Notes: generated by a model from the sequence alone, not told the origin. A DNA stretch of 64,000 bases from a virus (IMGVR_UViG_3300032322_002195:32001-96000), one strand, 5' to 3'; shown: positions 51,331 through 60,529, counted from the first letter of the stretch. Translations and numbers: made by a program.

Positions 51331-51363
51331 AAAAAAAAGGGGTTGCTAATGCACCCCTTTTTT
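51331..51363. terminator. bidirectional intrinsic terminator
   Basis: aaaaaaagggg-ttgctaatgca-ccccttttt. Confidence 0.8.
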
Positions 51364-51386
51364 ATTTATATGTACGCAAATGTGTA

Positions 51387-51542
51387 CTATTTTTTTAGGT
51401 TAATGAATCTATTTTTTGTTTCACCTTTTAATCGGTAATTAAATTTGAATCCAGAGCCATCTTCAAATTCAATCATTTGAATTGGGAGTTGGAAAGAGAA
51501 GTGGTTTTTTTCTATTTCTGATATTGCTTGTTGAAGTTTCAT
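51387..51542 (-). CDS. small hypothetical protein (51 aa, not in ORF track)
   Basis: MKLQQAISEIEKNH...EFEDGSGFKFNY. Confidence 0.55.
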   Translation of the reverse strand: MKLQQAISEIEKNHFSFQLPIQMIEFEDGSGFKFNYRLKGETKNRFINLKK

Positions 51543-51828
51543 ATTAATTTATTTAAATGTTATTGAATATAAGAGCCACATAAAGCAGAGTAAATAGGGA
51601 ACCCAAAAAGATTATTGGGTAATAGAACTCTAATGGATTTGATTTCCTTTTTTGGTTTAGGGATGATAAAACTTGTTTCATTGTTTTGATTATTTAATTG
51701 ATAGGACAAAGATAAGCAAATTAATTTAAACTACCAAATTTATTTTGAATTTTGAAGACCTACTCAAATATTTTATTAAAAACCAATTGGTTGCAAAAAG
51801 GTATGTATATATGATAGTTATAGGTAAT

Positions 51829-51999
51829 TTAAAAACTGACCATGTGCCAAATTTTACATTCTATATCTAATTTAAGTTGTTGCTCTTTAATTTTGCTTTC
51901 ATTAGCCCAGTAATATTTCCAAAATTCATCATCTGATTGAAATTGTCCTATTTTTATTTCTTTCGTTTCAGCAAAATTAAACATAAAGTACTGTTTCAT
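51829..51999 (-). CDS. 56-aa ORF inside attC-type cassette A (not in ORF track)
   Basis: MKQYFMFNFAETKE...WHMVSF; the stop lies in the cassette terminal repeat. Confidence 0.55.
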   Translation of the reverse strand: MKQYFMFNFAETKEIKIGQFQSDDEFWKYYWANESKIKEQQLKLDIECKIWHMVSF

Positions 52000-52019
52000 A
52001 ATTCAGTTTTTAAACATAC

Positions 52020-52115
52020 CTATAACAAAGTGTATAAGTAATGTGGCTAAATAAATTTAGTTCTAAGTTGAAAGTATGTGCAAAGCCACACTACTCATAC
52101 ACTCAACCGTTAGCG
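52020..52115 (+). mobile_element. attC-like integron recombination site 1
   Basis: R'' CTATAAC and R' GTTAGCG; inner arms gtgtataagtaatgtggct / agccacactactcatacac. Confidence 0.75.
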
Positions 52116-52121
52116 GTAATC

Positions 52122-52382
52122 TTAAAGACACTCCGCATATTCAATATATTCTTTATGCCTTTGTCTAAAATGATTGAGATGCCATTTAGACCTTTCAATA
52201 AATTCTTTCGGTGCATTTTTACTTTCGAGCCAATAAAGGTGGTTCTTTTCCTTTTCAATCATTCTTTCGACAAAAGGTATTATATCGTTTACCATTTGCT
52301 CCTTGAAAGAAAGACTACCGCTAACAACAGGTTTATTCAATGCGGGTTTTCTGCTCCCAAATAACATTTTTAGTAATTTCAT
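52122..52382 (-). CDS. 86-aa ORF of cassette B, starting inside attC site 2
   Basis: The N-terminal PALNKPVVSGS is the antisense reading of the attC arm. Confidence 0.6.
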   Translation of the reverse strand: MKLLKMLFGSRKPALNKPVVSGSLSFKEQMVNDIIPFVERMIEKEKNHLYWLESKNAPKEFIERSKWHLNHFRQRHKEYIEYAECL

Positions 52383-52448
52383 ATTTTCTGCTTTTAAGTT
52401 AATTTATCTGTTAATTCTAGCACTAAATAAACCTGCGGTACGTTAGCA
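52319..52448 (+). mobile_element. attC-like integron recombination site 2
   Basis: R'' CGCTAAC and R' GTTAGCA; inner arms caggtttattcaatgc / gcactaaataaacctg. Confidence 0.75.
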
Positions 52449-52459
52449 GAAAAAGTTTG

Positions 52460-52750
52460 CTAAAACCTCTTTCCACAATTATTGCAGTGATAACCTCTAT
52501 GAGTTCGTACTCTGTCTTGGGTACTGTGAAAGCAAACTTCATCTGCTAACACAGTACATAACTTTTTTTTTAGGTATTTAATTACATCAGCCCAATATTC
52601 ATCATTAGGAGAAAAACCTATATTTGATGCTATTTTTTCGGCACACCAAATTGCTATCCTTATCGAAATGGCTTCTTTTGTTCCTCCTGAAGATGGTGCA
52701 TATTCATACGCTTCATCAATTAGTTTTTCTGCTTGTTGTTCTACTGTCAT
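52460..52750 (-). CDS. hypothetical protein whose C-terminal CxxC tail comes from cassette C
   Basis: Reads through the TGCTAAC box at 52544-52550. Confidence 0.6.
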   Translation of the reverse strand: MTVEQQAEKLIDEAYEYAPSSGGTKEAISIRIAIWCAEKIASNIGFSPNDEYWADVIKYLKKKLCTVLADEVCFHSTQDRVRTHRGYHCNNCGKRF

Positions 52751-52806
52751 TACTTGTCGTTTTTAACTAATCATAATTGATTATTTGATAAGACAAAGAT
52801 AAGCAA

Positions 52807-53064
52807 TTAATTTGAATCTTCCAAATAAAATTTTACAAAAGGTTCCATCTTAAATTCCTTTACAAATTCGTATTGTTGGTCTTTTGGGATTACATCCAAT
52901 AATTCTCTTATTCTTGGTGTATCGTTAATTAAAAAACCACCAGTCATAAATTGTTGTCCATCTTTTTCAATAGCTGCTAAACTATTTGTTTTATTGATAG
53001 CATTGGCCAACAATATAACTTCTTCATATCCATTTGTGTCAGGTGTAATGTGTAAAATTTTCAT
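52807..53064 (-). CDS. hypothetical early protein
   Basis: Own promoter repeat; ends inside the next repeat (YLEDSN). Confidence 0.7.
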   Translation of the reverse strand: MKILHITPDTNGYEEVILLANAINKTNSLAAIEKDGQQFMTGGFLINDTPRIRELLDVIPKDQQYEFVKEFKMEPFVKFYLEDSN

Positions 53065-53128
53065 TTGTTTTGATTATTTAATTGATAGGACAAAGATAAG
53101 CAAATTAATTTAAACTACCAAATTTATT

Positions 53129-53377
53129 TCAATCGTCATCTCTCTCAAATTGCGATAAAAAATTTTGTACCTTATCGTTTAAATCTTTATGTTCTTTTTT
53201 TAATTTAGAATGATAACTTTGATAATAGTTTAAACCATCAATAAGAGCTTGTTGTTCGCTTTTGGCATGAATTGCTATATTAAAACCAGCTACGTTATCC
53301 CAAAGATAATACCCATCCGTACATTCTGTCAAAATTAGTCTATCAGTTTTAAATACATTTCTAATTGCTTTTCCCAT
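53129..53377 (-). CDS. hypothetical early protein
   Basis: Own promoter repeat. Confidence 0.7.
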   Translation of the reverse strand: MGKAIRNVFKTDRLILTECTDGYYLWDNVAGFNIAIHAKSEQQALIDGLNYYQSYHSKLKKEHKDLNDKVQNFLSQFERDDD

Positions 53378-53409
53378 GATTGATTTTTTGATAGGGCAAA
53401 GATAAGTAA

Positions 53410-53619
53410 TTAATTTGAATCTACCAAATAAAATTTGATATTATTTTTATTTACTGGGGTTACATAACCTTTTAAATAAATTAATTCATTTTCTATTTTG
53501 ATTGGAACAAATATTCCACCATTAATATAAACCCTGCCAACAATCCTATATGGTTTATTTAATTCAATGTTTTCTATTGGTGTTTTGGTTGCCAATAAAT
53601 AAGCAGCTGTCATACTCAT
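53410..53619 (-). CDS. hypothetical early protein
   Basis: Own promoter repeat; ends YLVDSN inside the next repeat. Confidence 0.65.
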   Translation of the reverse strand: MSMTAAYLLATKTPIENIELNKPYRIVGRVYINGGIFVPIKIENELIYLKGYVTPVNKNNIKFYLVDSN

Positions 53620-53717
53620 AATTGATTATTTGATAGGACAAAGATAAGTAATTAAATTGATATAAACAAAAAAGGGTGAAAATATTTTCACCCAATTTAT
53701 CATCAATCAAAACGCTT

Positions 53718-53912
53718 TTATAATGTTGGATATTTTTCTAGGAATTCGGTATAAACTTCATTAGGATTAATTTCAACGCTGGTATCTTTATATTTCATTA
53801 CCAAATATTTCACAAAATTAATTTTATGATTGATAAATGAATTATCATTGCCAGCAATTATTTCTTGAATATCATTTAAATGTGATGCGATGATTAGAGA
53901 TACTTTTGCCAT
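53718..53912 (-). CDS. hypothetical early protein
   Basis: Own promoter repeat. Confidence 0.65.
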   Translation of the reverse strand: MAKVSLIIASHLNDIQEIIAGNDNSFINHKINFVKYLVMKYKDTSVEINPNEVYTEFLEKYPTL

Positions 53913-53966
53913 GTTGTTTAATTATTTGATAGGACAAAGATAAGTAATTAATTTAAACTACCAAAT

Positions 53967-54233
53967 TTATTTTTGTGGAATAGTTACTCTTGTTAAGATA
54001 AATTCTTCTTGAAAATCTCCATTATCCCATTTGATTTTTGTTAATTGGAATTGTTCTTCTTTTGGTCTAAGGGAATTCAAGTATTCAACACGACCCATTT
54101 TAACACCTTGTGAATTTTTTCCTGAGTGACCAATTCGGTTAAATTCATTTAATTCCTCTTCGCTTAAGAAATCTAACGTTTTACCATTAACATGACCCAA
54201 TGAGGTGCTTATTCTAAAATTTTCTATTATCAT
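53967..54233 (-). CDS. hypothetical early protein
   Basis: Own promoter repeat. Confidence 0.7.
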   Translation of the reverse strand: MIIENFRISTSLGHVNGKTLDFLSEEELNEFNRIGHSGKNSQGVKMGRVEYLNSLRPKEEQFQLTKIKWDNGDFQEEFILTRVTIPQK

Positions 54234-54309
54234 TTGTTTTGATTATTGATAAGACAAAGATAAGTATAAAAAACGAAACCACCAAATTTCTTTGATGGTT
54301 TCTTTTAAA

Positions 54310-54606
54310 TTAGTTTAAGATTTCTTGAATGCTCGGCTTATCCAATTCTGCCTTATAATCTGCCAAAATCTTTTCAAATTCGGGAAGACATTCAGCAGCC
54401 GTTTTTCCTTTTAAACCATAATAGTCTTTTAAATCTTTTAGCTTAATTCCTTTGAATTTCATTCCAAGTGAAAGGATTTTAAGATTATAGCGGTGTGTAG
54501 CCAATTGATAACCAAAGTAATCTATTTTTTTGTTACCCATTGAAACACTTGGTGTACTTAATTCACCATTTCTAACTTGTTGTTGTGCTTGTTCGAATTT
54601 TGTCAT
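54310..54606 (-). CDS. hypothetical early protein
   Basis: Own promoter repeat. Confidence 0.7.
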   Translation of the reverse strand: MTKFEQAQQQVRNGELSTPSVSMGNKKIDYFGYQLATHRYNLKILSLGMKFKGIKLKDLKDYYGLKGKTAAECLPEFEKILADYKAELDKPSIQEILN

Positions 54607-54851
54607 TGTTTTAATTATTGATAGGGCAAAGATAAGTAAATTAATTTAAACTACCAAATTTTTATTTAGAATTTTTTTTGTCACCCTCAAAGACAAACCC
54701 ACTGGAAAACCACCATAGAGCCAACCTGAAAGACCAATAAATATTTCTACCATGATTACGCCCATTGATATAACATTCATAGGCTTTTTTTACTCTGTAT
54801 TTTGTAATTTTCATACTGCAAAGATAAGTAAATTAATTTAAACTACCAAAT

Positions 54852-55103
54852 TTATTTTTTTCCCACCGCACTACTGATAACTTCTAAATCTGAAATTCGT
54901 TCCATTAAGGCATCAATCTCATGTTGCATTTTGTCCTTATCGTCTTCAAGTTCTACAACCGCTGCGATTAGGTCATCAATCTCATGTTGCATTTTGTCCT
55001 TATCGCCTTCAAGTTCTTCAATCTCTGCGATTAGGTCATCAATGATGCTTTCAAAATCTCTTTTGGCGATATCAACTCGCCTTGATAAACGTGTATTATC
55101 CAT
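54852..55103 (-). CDS. acidic coiled-coil protein with an internal 21-aa duplication
   Basis: IDDLIAEIEELEGDKDKMQHE / IDDLIAAVVELEDDKDKMQHE. Confidence 0.7.
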   Translation of the reverse strand: MDNTRLSRRVDIAKRDFESIIDDLIAEIEELEGDKDKMQHEIDDLIAAVVELEDDKDKMQHEIDALMERISDLEVISSAVGKK

Positions 55104-55204
55104 TTTAAAATTTGTTATTGATTATTGATAAGGCAAAGATAAGTAATTATTTTGAATTTACCAAATTTATTTCAAAAAAAAAGGGAGAAATTTCTCCCTT
55201 TTAT

Positions 55205-55543
55205 TTAGTATGCACTTGTTGGCATATTTTGATTTTGTTCGTAGCTTTGGCTTTCCCATTCAGAATCTGGGTTTGTAAGGCTATGGTAGTATTGTTTAAG
55301 TTGTTCAGCTATTTTATCTAACTTAACTTGTTGTTTGTCGGTGCAAGGTTTTCGGTAAGCGTTTATTGTGTTATCCGAACAAACCCTACCAAGCAAACCA
55401 CCACCTAAGTAATTCTGATAACTTGTCATTTTTTCACCCTTAAATCCGAGAGTATCCAAAGATATTTCAATTCCACCACCACGTGAAGTAATTTGTGAAC
55501 GTAGTGTGATTTTTTCAAAGTCGATTTGTTTTGCTTTTGCCAT
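55205..55543 (-). CDS. hypothetical early protein
   Basis: Own promoter repeat and terminator. Confidence 0.7.
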   Translation of the reverse strand: MAKAKQIDFEKITLRSQITSRGGGIEISLDTLGFKGEKMTSYQNYLGGGLLGRVCSDNTINAYRKPCTDKQQVKLDKIAEQLKQYYHSLTNPDSEWESQSYEQNQNMPTSAY

Positions 55544-55663
55544 TGTTTAATTATTGATAGGGCAAAGATAAGTAATTCATTTTAATCTACCAAATTTATT
55601 TTCAAAAAAAAAAAAGGATTGCATTTCTGCAACCCTTTCTCATCATCAATCAAACAAACTTAT

Positions 55664-56338
55664 TTAACTTTCAGCAACAAGTAGTGTTTTATACTCTTTT
55701 TCTGTTAAGTGTCTTGGTGTTTCCAATTCTTTGTAACTACCTTTTGGTTTAATCAAAATACAATCACCTTGTCGGATAATCTTTTCAATCTTTCCTTTTG
55801 GCACATTCGTTTGAATAGTCCACGCAATACATTGAATAGCGTTTACTTTATTTATTTCGTAATTCCAACTATTCTCGTTATTCGTGTTATACACACTACG
55901 AGGTTCAACCCAAATAAGATATTCTCTGTCGGTTGATGTATCTTTGCATTTCACATAATATGAATTTTGCATTTTTTGCCAACCCTCTAACCCTTCACTA
56001 AATACTTCACCACTCACTTCATAAAGTTCATAGGTATCATTGAATGTATGTTCAACAACTTCACCATTCTCTGTTACCCAAGTGGTTGATTTTGTCAGCG
56101 TTTTTGAACTAAGTAATTTAGGGTTTACTTCTTTAACTAACCTATCCAACCCAAAGATAAGCATACCAACCCTTCTTTGTTCCAAATTAGGCAACCCAGC
56201 AATTTGTTTAAAAGATAGTGGTTTGATGTCTGCCCAAATGTCTTCAAGTTCGGGGAAAGGACAATTTTCGTGTTTCAGTTTAAGTAAACCACACCCTAAA
56301 TCATAAGGGAATTTTGTGTTGTTGATAACGATTTGCAT
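55664..56338 (-). CDS. DUF6745-like protein
   Basis: NLEQRRV...VKCKDTSTDREYLIWV...AIQCIAWT; family recalled from memory. Confidence 0.5.
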   Translation of the reverse strand: MQIVINNTKFPYDLGCGLLKLKHENCPFPELEDIWADIKPLSFKQIAGLPNLEQRRVGMLIFGLDRLVKEVNPKLLSSKTLTKSTTWVTENGEVVEHTFNDTYELYEVSGEVFSEGLEGWQKMQNSYYVKCKDTSTDREYLIWVEPRSVYNTNNENSWNYEINKVNAIQCIAWTIQTNVPKGKIEKIIRQGDCILIKPKGSYKELETPRHLTEKEYKTLLVAES

Positions 56339-56409
56339 ATTGTTTAATTTTTATTTAAGACAAAGATAAGGGGAATTTTTCAATTCCCCAAATATTTTTC
56401 TGTTTTTTT

Positions 56410-57048
56410 TTAATCACTATCTCTGTAAATTGTGTATTCTCTACTCACCGTCAAAGTAAGGTCATTACCAACAAGCACCAAATCTTCGTTATCTTCATTT
56501 GTAGTGAAAACAAACCAATCAGTAGCTTCACCTTCTGCATCTTCGGGTTCAAAGGCATAGCAAGATTGAATGATTTTTTCTTCCAAACTTTCAACCAATT
56601 TTTCTTGTTTGTCAGTTAAGATAAAATCTTTTTTGTAATTGATAGTGAAATTACCTTCTTCACCATTGAGGTTATCAACAAATTCAGAAACAAAAGCAGC
56701 TTCTTCATCAGTTAATGAAACTTTTGTTTTACCATCAAATCTTTCACTCCACTCACTTTGAGCATTTTTTATGTAATAAAAATCATCTTCATCTTCATTT
56801 AAAGTAATTTCAACGCAACCACTTTCACCTTGATAGTGTCCGTCTGAATTTACATAAAATTCAACATTGTTGTAAGTTTTTCTGTCAAAATAATCAACCA
56901 ATTCTTGATTTTCAACCCATTCATTTTCTTTGTCAAAAATCTCAATGTCGGTATCGCCCATACTATCTCCACCGCAATTAAATTTAAAATTGATGTGGTC
57001 AATACCCAACTCTTTCCAAAGTTTTACGATTTTTTCTGTTTGTTCCAT
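56410..57048 (-). CDS. DUF6878-like acidic protein
   Basis: FNCGGDSMG motif; adjacent to the DUF6915-like gene. Confidence 0.5.
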   Translation of the reverse strand: MEQTEKIVKLWKELGIDHINFKFNCGGDSMGDTDIEIFDKENEWVENQELVDYFDRKTYNNVEFYVNSDGHYQGESGCVEITLNEDEDDFYYIKNAQSEWSERFDGKTKVSLTDEEAAFVSEFVDNLNGEEGNFTINYKKDFILTDKQEKLVESLEEKIIQSCYAFEPEDAEGEATDWFVFTTNEDNEDLVLVGNDLTLTVSREYTIYRDSD

Positions 57049-57105
57049 TTTTTATTTGATTTTTAATTTACAGCAAAGATAAACATTATTTTTGAATTAC
57101 CAAAT

Positions 57106-57501
57106 TTATTGTCTTATTTTTTCCAAAAATTCTTTTGCGGTTAGTTCCGATTCGGGATTGTCAATGTTTTTAACTCCGTTACACATCCACGCTTGAACTT
57201 CCAAATGTTTCAAATAGTCTTGTGGTGTTGGCACAAATCTCATTTTAAAATCTTCTGCGATATGCAACATAGCAATATCAACCGTATCAACACTTTTGCC
57301 ATCGGAATTTACAATGTTATACCCAAAGATTTTAGGTATGATAGTGTAAGCAAACCAAGTGTTATGTGTTAATAACCTTGATGAATTGTTATTCATTGTA
57401 GCCTTTGGGCTATCAAGTAATTCGTGAATTGGTAAGTAACATTCAACACTACCACCCCACCTTTTAACCGAACTCTTTGCGTGTATCATTGGATTTGCCA
57501 T
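57106..57501 (-). CDS. DUF6915-like protein
   Basis: MANPMIHAKSSVKRWGG..YLPIHELLDSPK..HNTW..HIAED..VPTPQDYL. Confidence 0.65.
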   Translation of the reverse strand: MANPMIHAKSSVKRWGGSVECYLPIHELLDSPKATMNNNSSRLLTHNTWFAYTIIPKIFGYNIVNSDGKSVDTVDIAMLHIAEDFKMRFVPTPQDYLKHLEVQAWMCNGVKNIDNPESELTAKEFLEKIRQ

Positions 57502-57567
57502 AATTGTTTGTTTATTTGTTATTGATTATGGTGCAAAGATAATAAATTATTTTGAACTACCAAATTT

Positions 57568-57810
57568 TTATTTAGAATTTTTTAATACCTCTCCAATAGC
57601 TATATGCAAATCTTTTAATTGTTCTCTTGTCATATAAGGTATCATCATTGTATGATAGTACAAATTCCTACGTTCTGAACGACTATCGTGGTCTGGATAT
57701 AGATTATTATCTTCAATGCTAATATAACCAACATTACCAGTTAAACCAACATATATCTTATGCCCATTAGCATAGGTAAATCTTTGTGCAAGTTTTTGTT
57801 GTTTTGCCAT
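57568..57810 (-). CDS. hypothetical protein
   Basis: 80-aa ORF. Confidence 0.65.
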   Translation of the reverse strand: MAKQQKLAQRFTYANGHKIYVGLTGNVGYISIEDNNLYPDHDSRSERRNLYYHTMMIPYMTREQLKDLHIAIGEVLKNSK

Positions 57811-57897
57811 TTTAAATTACTTTATTTAAAAATAAAAATGGGTTGTTTCCAACCCATTTACCCCCCATACTGAATCATCTACTGAAATCCATACTGC

Positions 57898-58164
57898 TTA
57901 ATCCCAAACTCTACTAATAGTTGCATTAAACGGATTGTATTCAATTTGTTTCCCAAGAACCCAATTTCCTTGTTCAACTTGCAAACCTTTGTGTTCAGCA
58001 AAATTGCCATTAGGTTCTTCGTGTTTCAATACACTATTTTCTTTTACAGAAATCTCTGCAAAATCTGTTAGCGTATCTTCCGTTGAAAAGCTACCATATA
58101 AGGTATGTTGGTTTGCACCTTCACCTTTTAGGATTGTCTGTTTTGTTTTTTTACGTTTTGCCAT
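57898..58164 (-). CDS. His-rich small beta protein
   Basis: LKGEGANQH..LKHEE..EHKGL..KQIEYNP. Confidence 0.65.
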   Translation of the reverse strand: MAKRKKTKQTILKGEGANQHTLYGSFSTEDTLTDFAEISVKENSVLKHEEPNGNFAEHKGLQVEQGNWVLGKQIEYNPFNATISRVWD

Positions 58165-58356
58165 TTTGTTTAATTTTATGCAAAGATAAGAAAAAAATTT
58201 TAATCTACCAAATTTATTTTGAAATTAATTTAAATAAACTCCATCCAATAAAATCTGATAAGCCAGACTCAATTCGTTTGGTCTATTGAGACGCAAATTA
58301 AATTCGGTTGAAATCAATTTCAATTGTGGTAAAAGCATGGAAAATTTCATTTTACT

Positions 58357-58530
58357 TTATTTAAAAGTTTCGTAAAGTTTTTGAATTTCAGAACCTGTCA
58401 ACCATTTAGGTAATCTGTCTTGAGAACCAATAAGGTTTGATTTTCTTAGGATTTTAATCTGCTCCTCTTGTGTTTTAGCCCTCCACCATTGAAGGGCTAA
58501 ACTTCTATCTTCGTTGCTAATATTATCCAT
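58357..58530 (-). CDS. small hypothetical protein (57 aa, not in ORF track)
   Basis: MDNISNEDRSLALQWW..., preceded by a promoter repeat. Confidence 0.6.
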   Translation of the reverse strand: MDNISNEDRSLALQWWRAKTQEEQIKILRKSNLIGSQDRLPKWLTGSEIQKLYETFK

Positions 58531-58579
58531 TTTTTTATTATTGAATGCAAAGATAAGTAAATTAATTTAATCTACCAAA

Positions 58580-58786
58580 TTAATTTTCAATTTCTTCAAC
58601 TGAACAATAATCGGCAATATCCACCAATGGAATTCTACCATAATCACGAGAAGAATAATGCCCTTGACTTTCGTAGCGTTTTACGAACTTCTTGATTTCA
58701 CTTTGGAGTTGGCTTTCAGTATAGGTTAGTTTATCCATACGGATATCAAAACCATCAGGTGAAAGAATACGGAATCTTTTTTTCAT
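58580..58786 (-). CDS. hypothetical early protein
   Basis: 68-aa ORF with a structured leader. Confidence 0.65.
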   Translation of the reverse strand: MKKRFRILSPDGFDIRMDKLTYTESQLQSEIKKFVKRYESQGHYSSRDYGRIPLVDIADYCSVEEIEN

Positions 58787-58926
58787 TTTAATTTATTTTA
58801 AATTTAACAAAATGTGATAAGGCATTAACATAATGTTGGGACTAAACCTCACTTCTTATGTATATTTACTTCGTTATCTCCTTATCACACTATGCAAAGA
58901 TAGTAATTATTTTGAATCTACCAAAT

Positions 58927-59154
58927 TTATGCGTAAATTATTTCACCATTCCATTGTGGGTGTGAATACATTTCGGGGCACAAATAACAATCGTACCCTC
59001 TTTCTTCAAGGTCATCAATGTATTGGTCATATTGGTCAGCCAAGATTTGAACGTGCGTTCCCTTGTCAAATACTCGTACAGGCGATTTGTCGGTCTTATC
59101 TTCGTGTGAAGTATCCCAAGTTCCGTTGATAAAGATGTTGATTAATGTGTTCAT
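58927..59154 (-). CDS. hypothetical early protein
   Basis: Likely start MNTLINIF after the promoter repeat. Confidence 0.65.
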   Translation of the reverse strand: MNTLINIFINGTWDTSHEDKTDKSPVRVFDKGTHVQILADQYDQYIDDLEERGYDCYLCPEMYSHPQWNGEIIYA

Positions 59155-59206
59155 GTTTTGATTATTTTGATAGGACAAAGATAGTAATTATTTTGAATCT
59201 ACCAAA

Positions 59207-59527
59207 TTAATTTGATATTCTTTTTTCTGTTTTAATTTGTTCAGTTTCATATTGCTCGGCAACAAATAATATTTCTTCCAACACATCCTTTGACAAATTC
59301 TCATACGCAACTTCGTAATCGTGTATGCTGTCGCTACCCATACTGCTACAATCATATACTCTAACTTCAACTGATTTATAGTTAAAGTATTCTGCCAATG
59401 CAATCAAATCACCCATTTCATTTACAACTGGGCTGTTACTTGGTTCTACTTCACCGCTACCAAAAGGTTCAAACTCTCTAATAATGGTTTTAATTTGTTT
59501 GATGATTGATTTCTTAGTCTTAGCCAT
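59207..59527 (-). CDS. hypothetical early protein
   Basis: Own promoter repeat. Confidence 0.7.
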   Translation of the reverse strand: MAKTKKSIIKQIKTIIREFEPFGSGEVEPSNSPVVNEMGDLIALAEYFNYKSVEVRVYDCSSMGSDSIHDYEVAYENLSKDVLEEILFVAEQYETEQIKTEKRISN

Positions 59528-59560
59528 GTTTTAATTATTTTGATAGGGCAAAGATAGTAA

Positions 59561-59833
59561 TTATTTTGAATCTGCCAAATCTTTTTTCAATTTTTTTATC
59601 ACATTTAAATCAGCCTCAATCGGACCAGCTACAGCTGCAATGGAATCCTTAACACTCAAACCCCAAAAATCTTTATTCCAAATTTCAGTACGGAATTTAT
59701 CAATTACGCTTTCACAAGCTGAAAGACTTTCTTTATCCAAACCCTTATAAGTTTTGGAAGGCTTTAACCCAAATAGGGTAAAGAAATAATGTTGCTTAAC
59801 AAGCTTAATTGAATTACGAAAATCCTGTTCCAT
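59561..59833 (-). CDS. hypothetical early protein
   Basis: Ends LADSK inside the next repeat. Confidence 0.65.
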   Translation of the reverse strand: MEQDFRNSIKLVKQHYFFTLFGLKPSKTYKGLDKESLSACESVIDKFRTEIWNKDFWGLSVKDSIAAVAGPIEADLNVIKKLKKDLADSK

Positions 59834-59837
59834 GATT

Positions 59838-60014
59838 TTAATCTAATTTTTCTAAATTCTTATAAAGAAAGATAACTTCATCTTGTTCTTGTTCGGTTAA
59901 TGAATCCCCAAGAATTTCAAGCTTATCAGCTAATTCTTGTGATGCTTGACCTTTCTCTTCAATTTCTTGGTTAACCAAATTTTGAAGTTCAATAAATTCT
60001 AATGCTTTGCTCAT
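59838..60014 (-). CDS. hypothetical early protein
   Basis: Likely start MSKALEF. Confidence 0.6.
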   Translation of the reverse strand: MSKALEFIELQNLVNQEIEEKGQASQELADKLEILGDSLTEQEQDEVIFLYKNLEKLD

Positions 60015-60091
60015 GTTTGATTGATTTGATAAGACAAAGATAAGAATAAAAAACGAAACCACCAAATTTATTTTGATGGTTTCATTGAATT

Positions 60092-60529
60092 TTATTTTAT
60101 TTCATTGGTTTGATAAATCACTCGTTTATATAACTGGCCTTCATGTCTTGGAGTTGCAACAATCACATCAACGATTTGATATGTTTCATCCTTAGCCAAA
60201 TAAATAAATTCAGTTAGAACATTACTTTCAACTTTTTGTTTGCGATTACGATTGTAAAAATCGGTTATGTCAGTTTCAACAATTACAATTTCTGCATCTT
60301 CAACAGATACAATAAATCTTGGATTAATTTCAATATTACCACCTTCTACCAATAACAATTCCCAAAAACCATTTAATGCCTGTTCCTTATTAATCTTAGT
60401 AGTATAATAAGTATCTGTTGAACCACCTAAACCACCACCATAACTCACAAGTATTTTTTTAACTTTTTTGGTTCTATGAGATAAAATTCTTGCTGGAGAG
60501 CAAGGTACACCAATTTGTATTGTTTTCAT
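60092..60529 (-). CDS. hypothetical early protein
   Basis: Own promoter repeat. Confidence 0.7.
   Translation of the reverse strand: MKTIQIGVPCSPARILSHRTKKVKKILVSYGGGLGGSTDTYYTTKINKEQALNGFWELLLVEGGNIEINPRFIVSVEDAEIVIVETDITDFYNRNRKQKVESNVLTEFIYLAKDETYQIVDVIVATPRHEGQLYKRVIYQTNEIK

Noticed and set aside
52041-52364. 107-aa plus-strand ORF across the attC sites
   Set aside because: It starts and ends inside hairpin sites and has no promoter; the minus-strand ORF fits the transcription direction. Not fully excluded.
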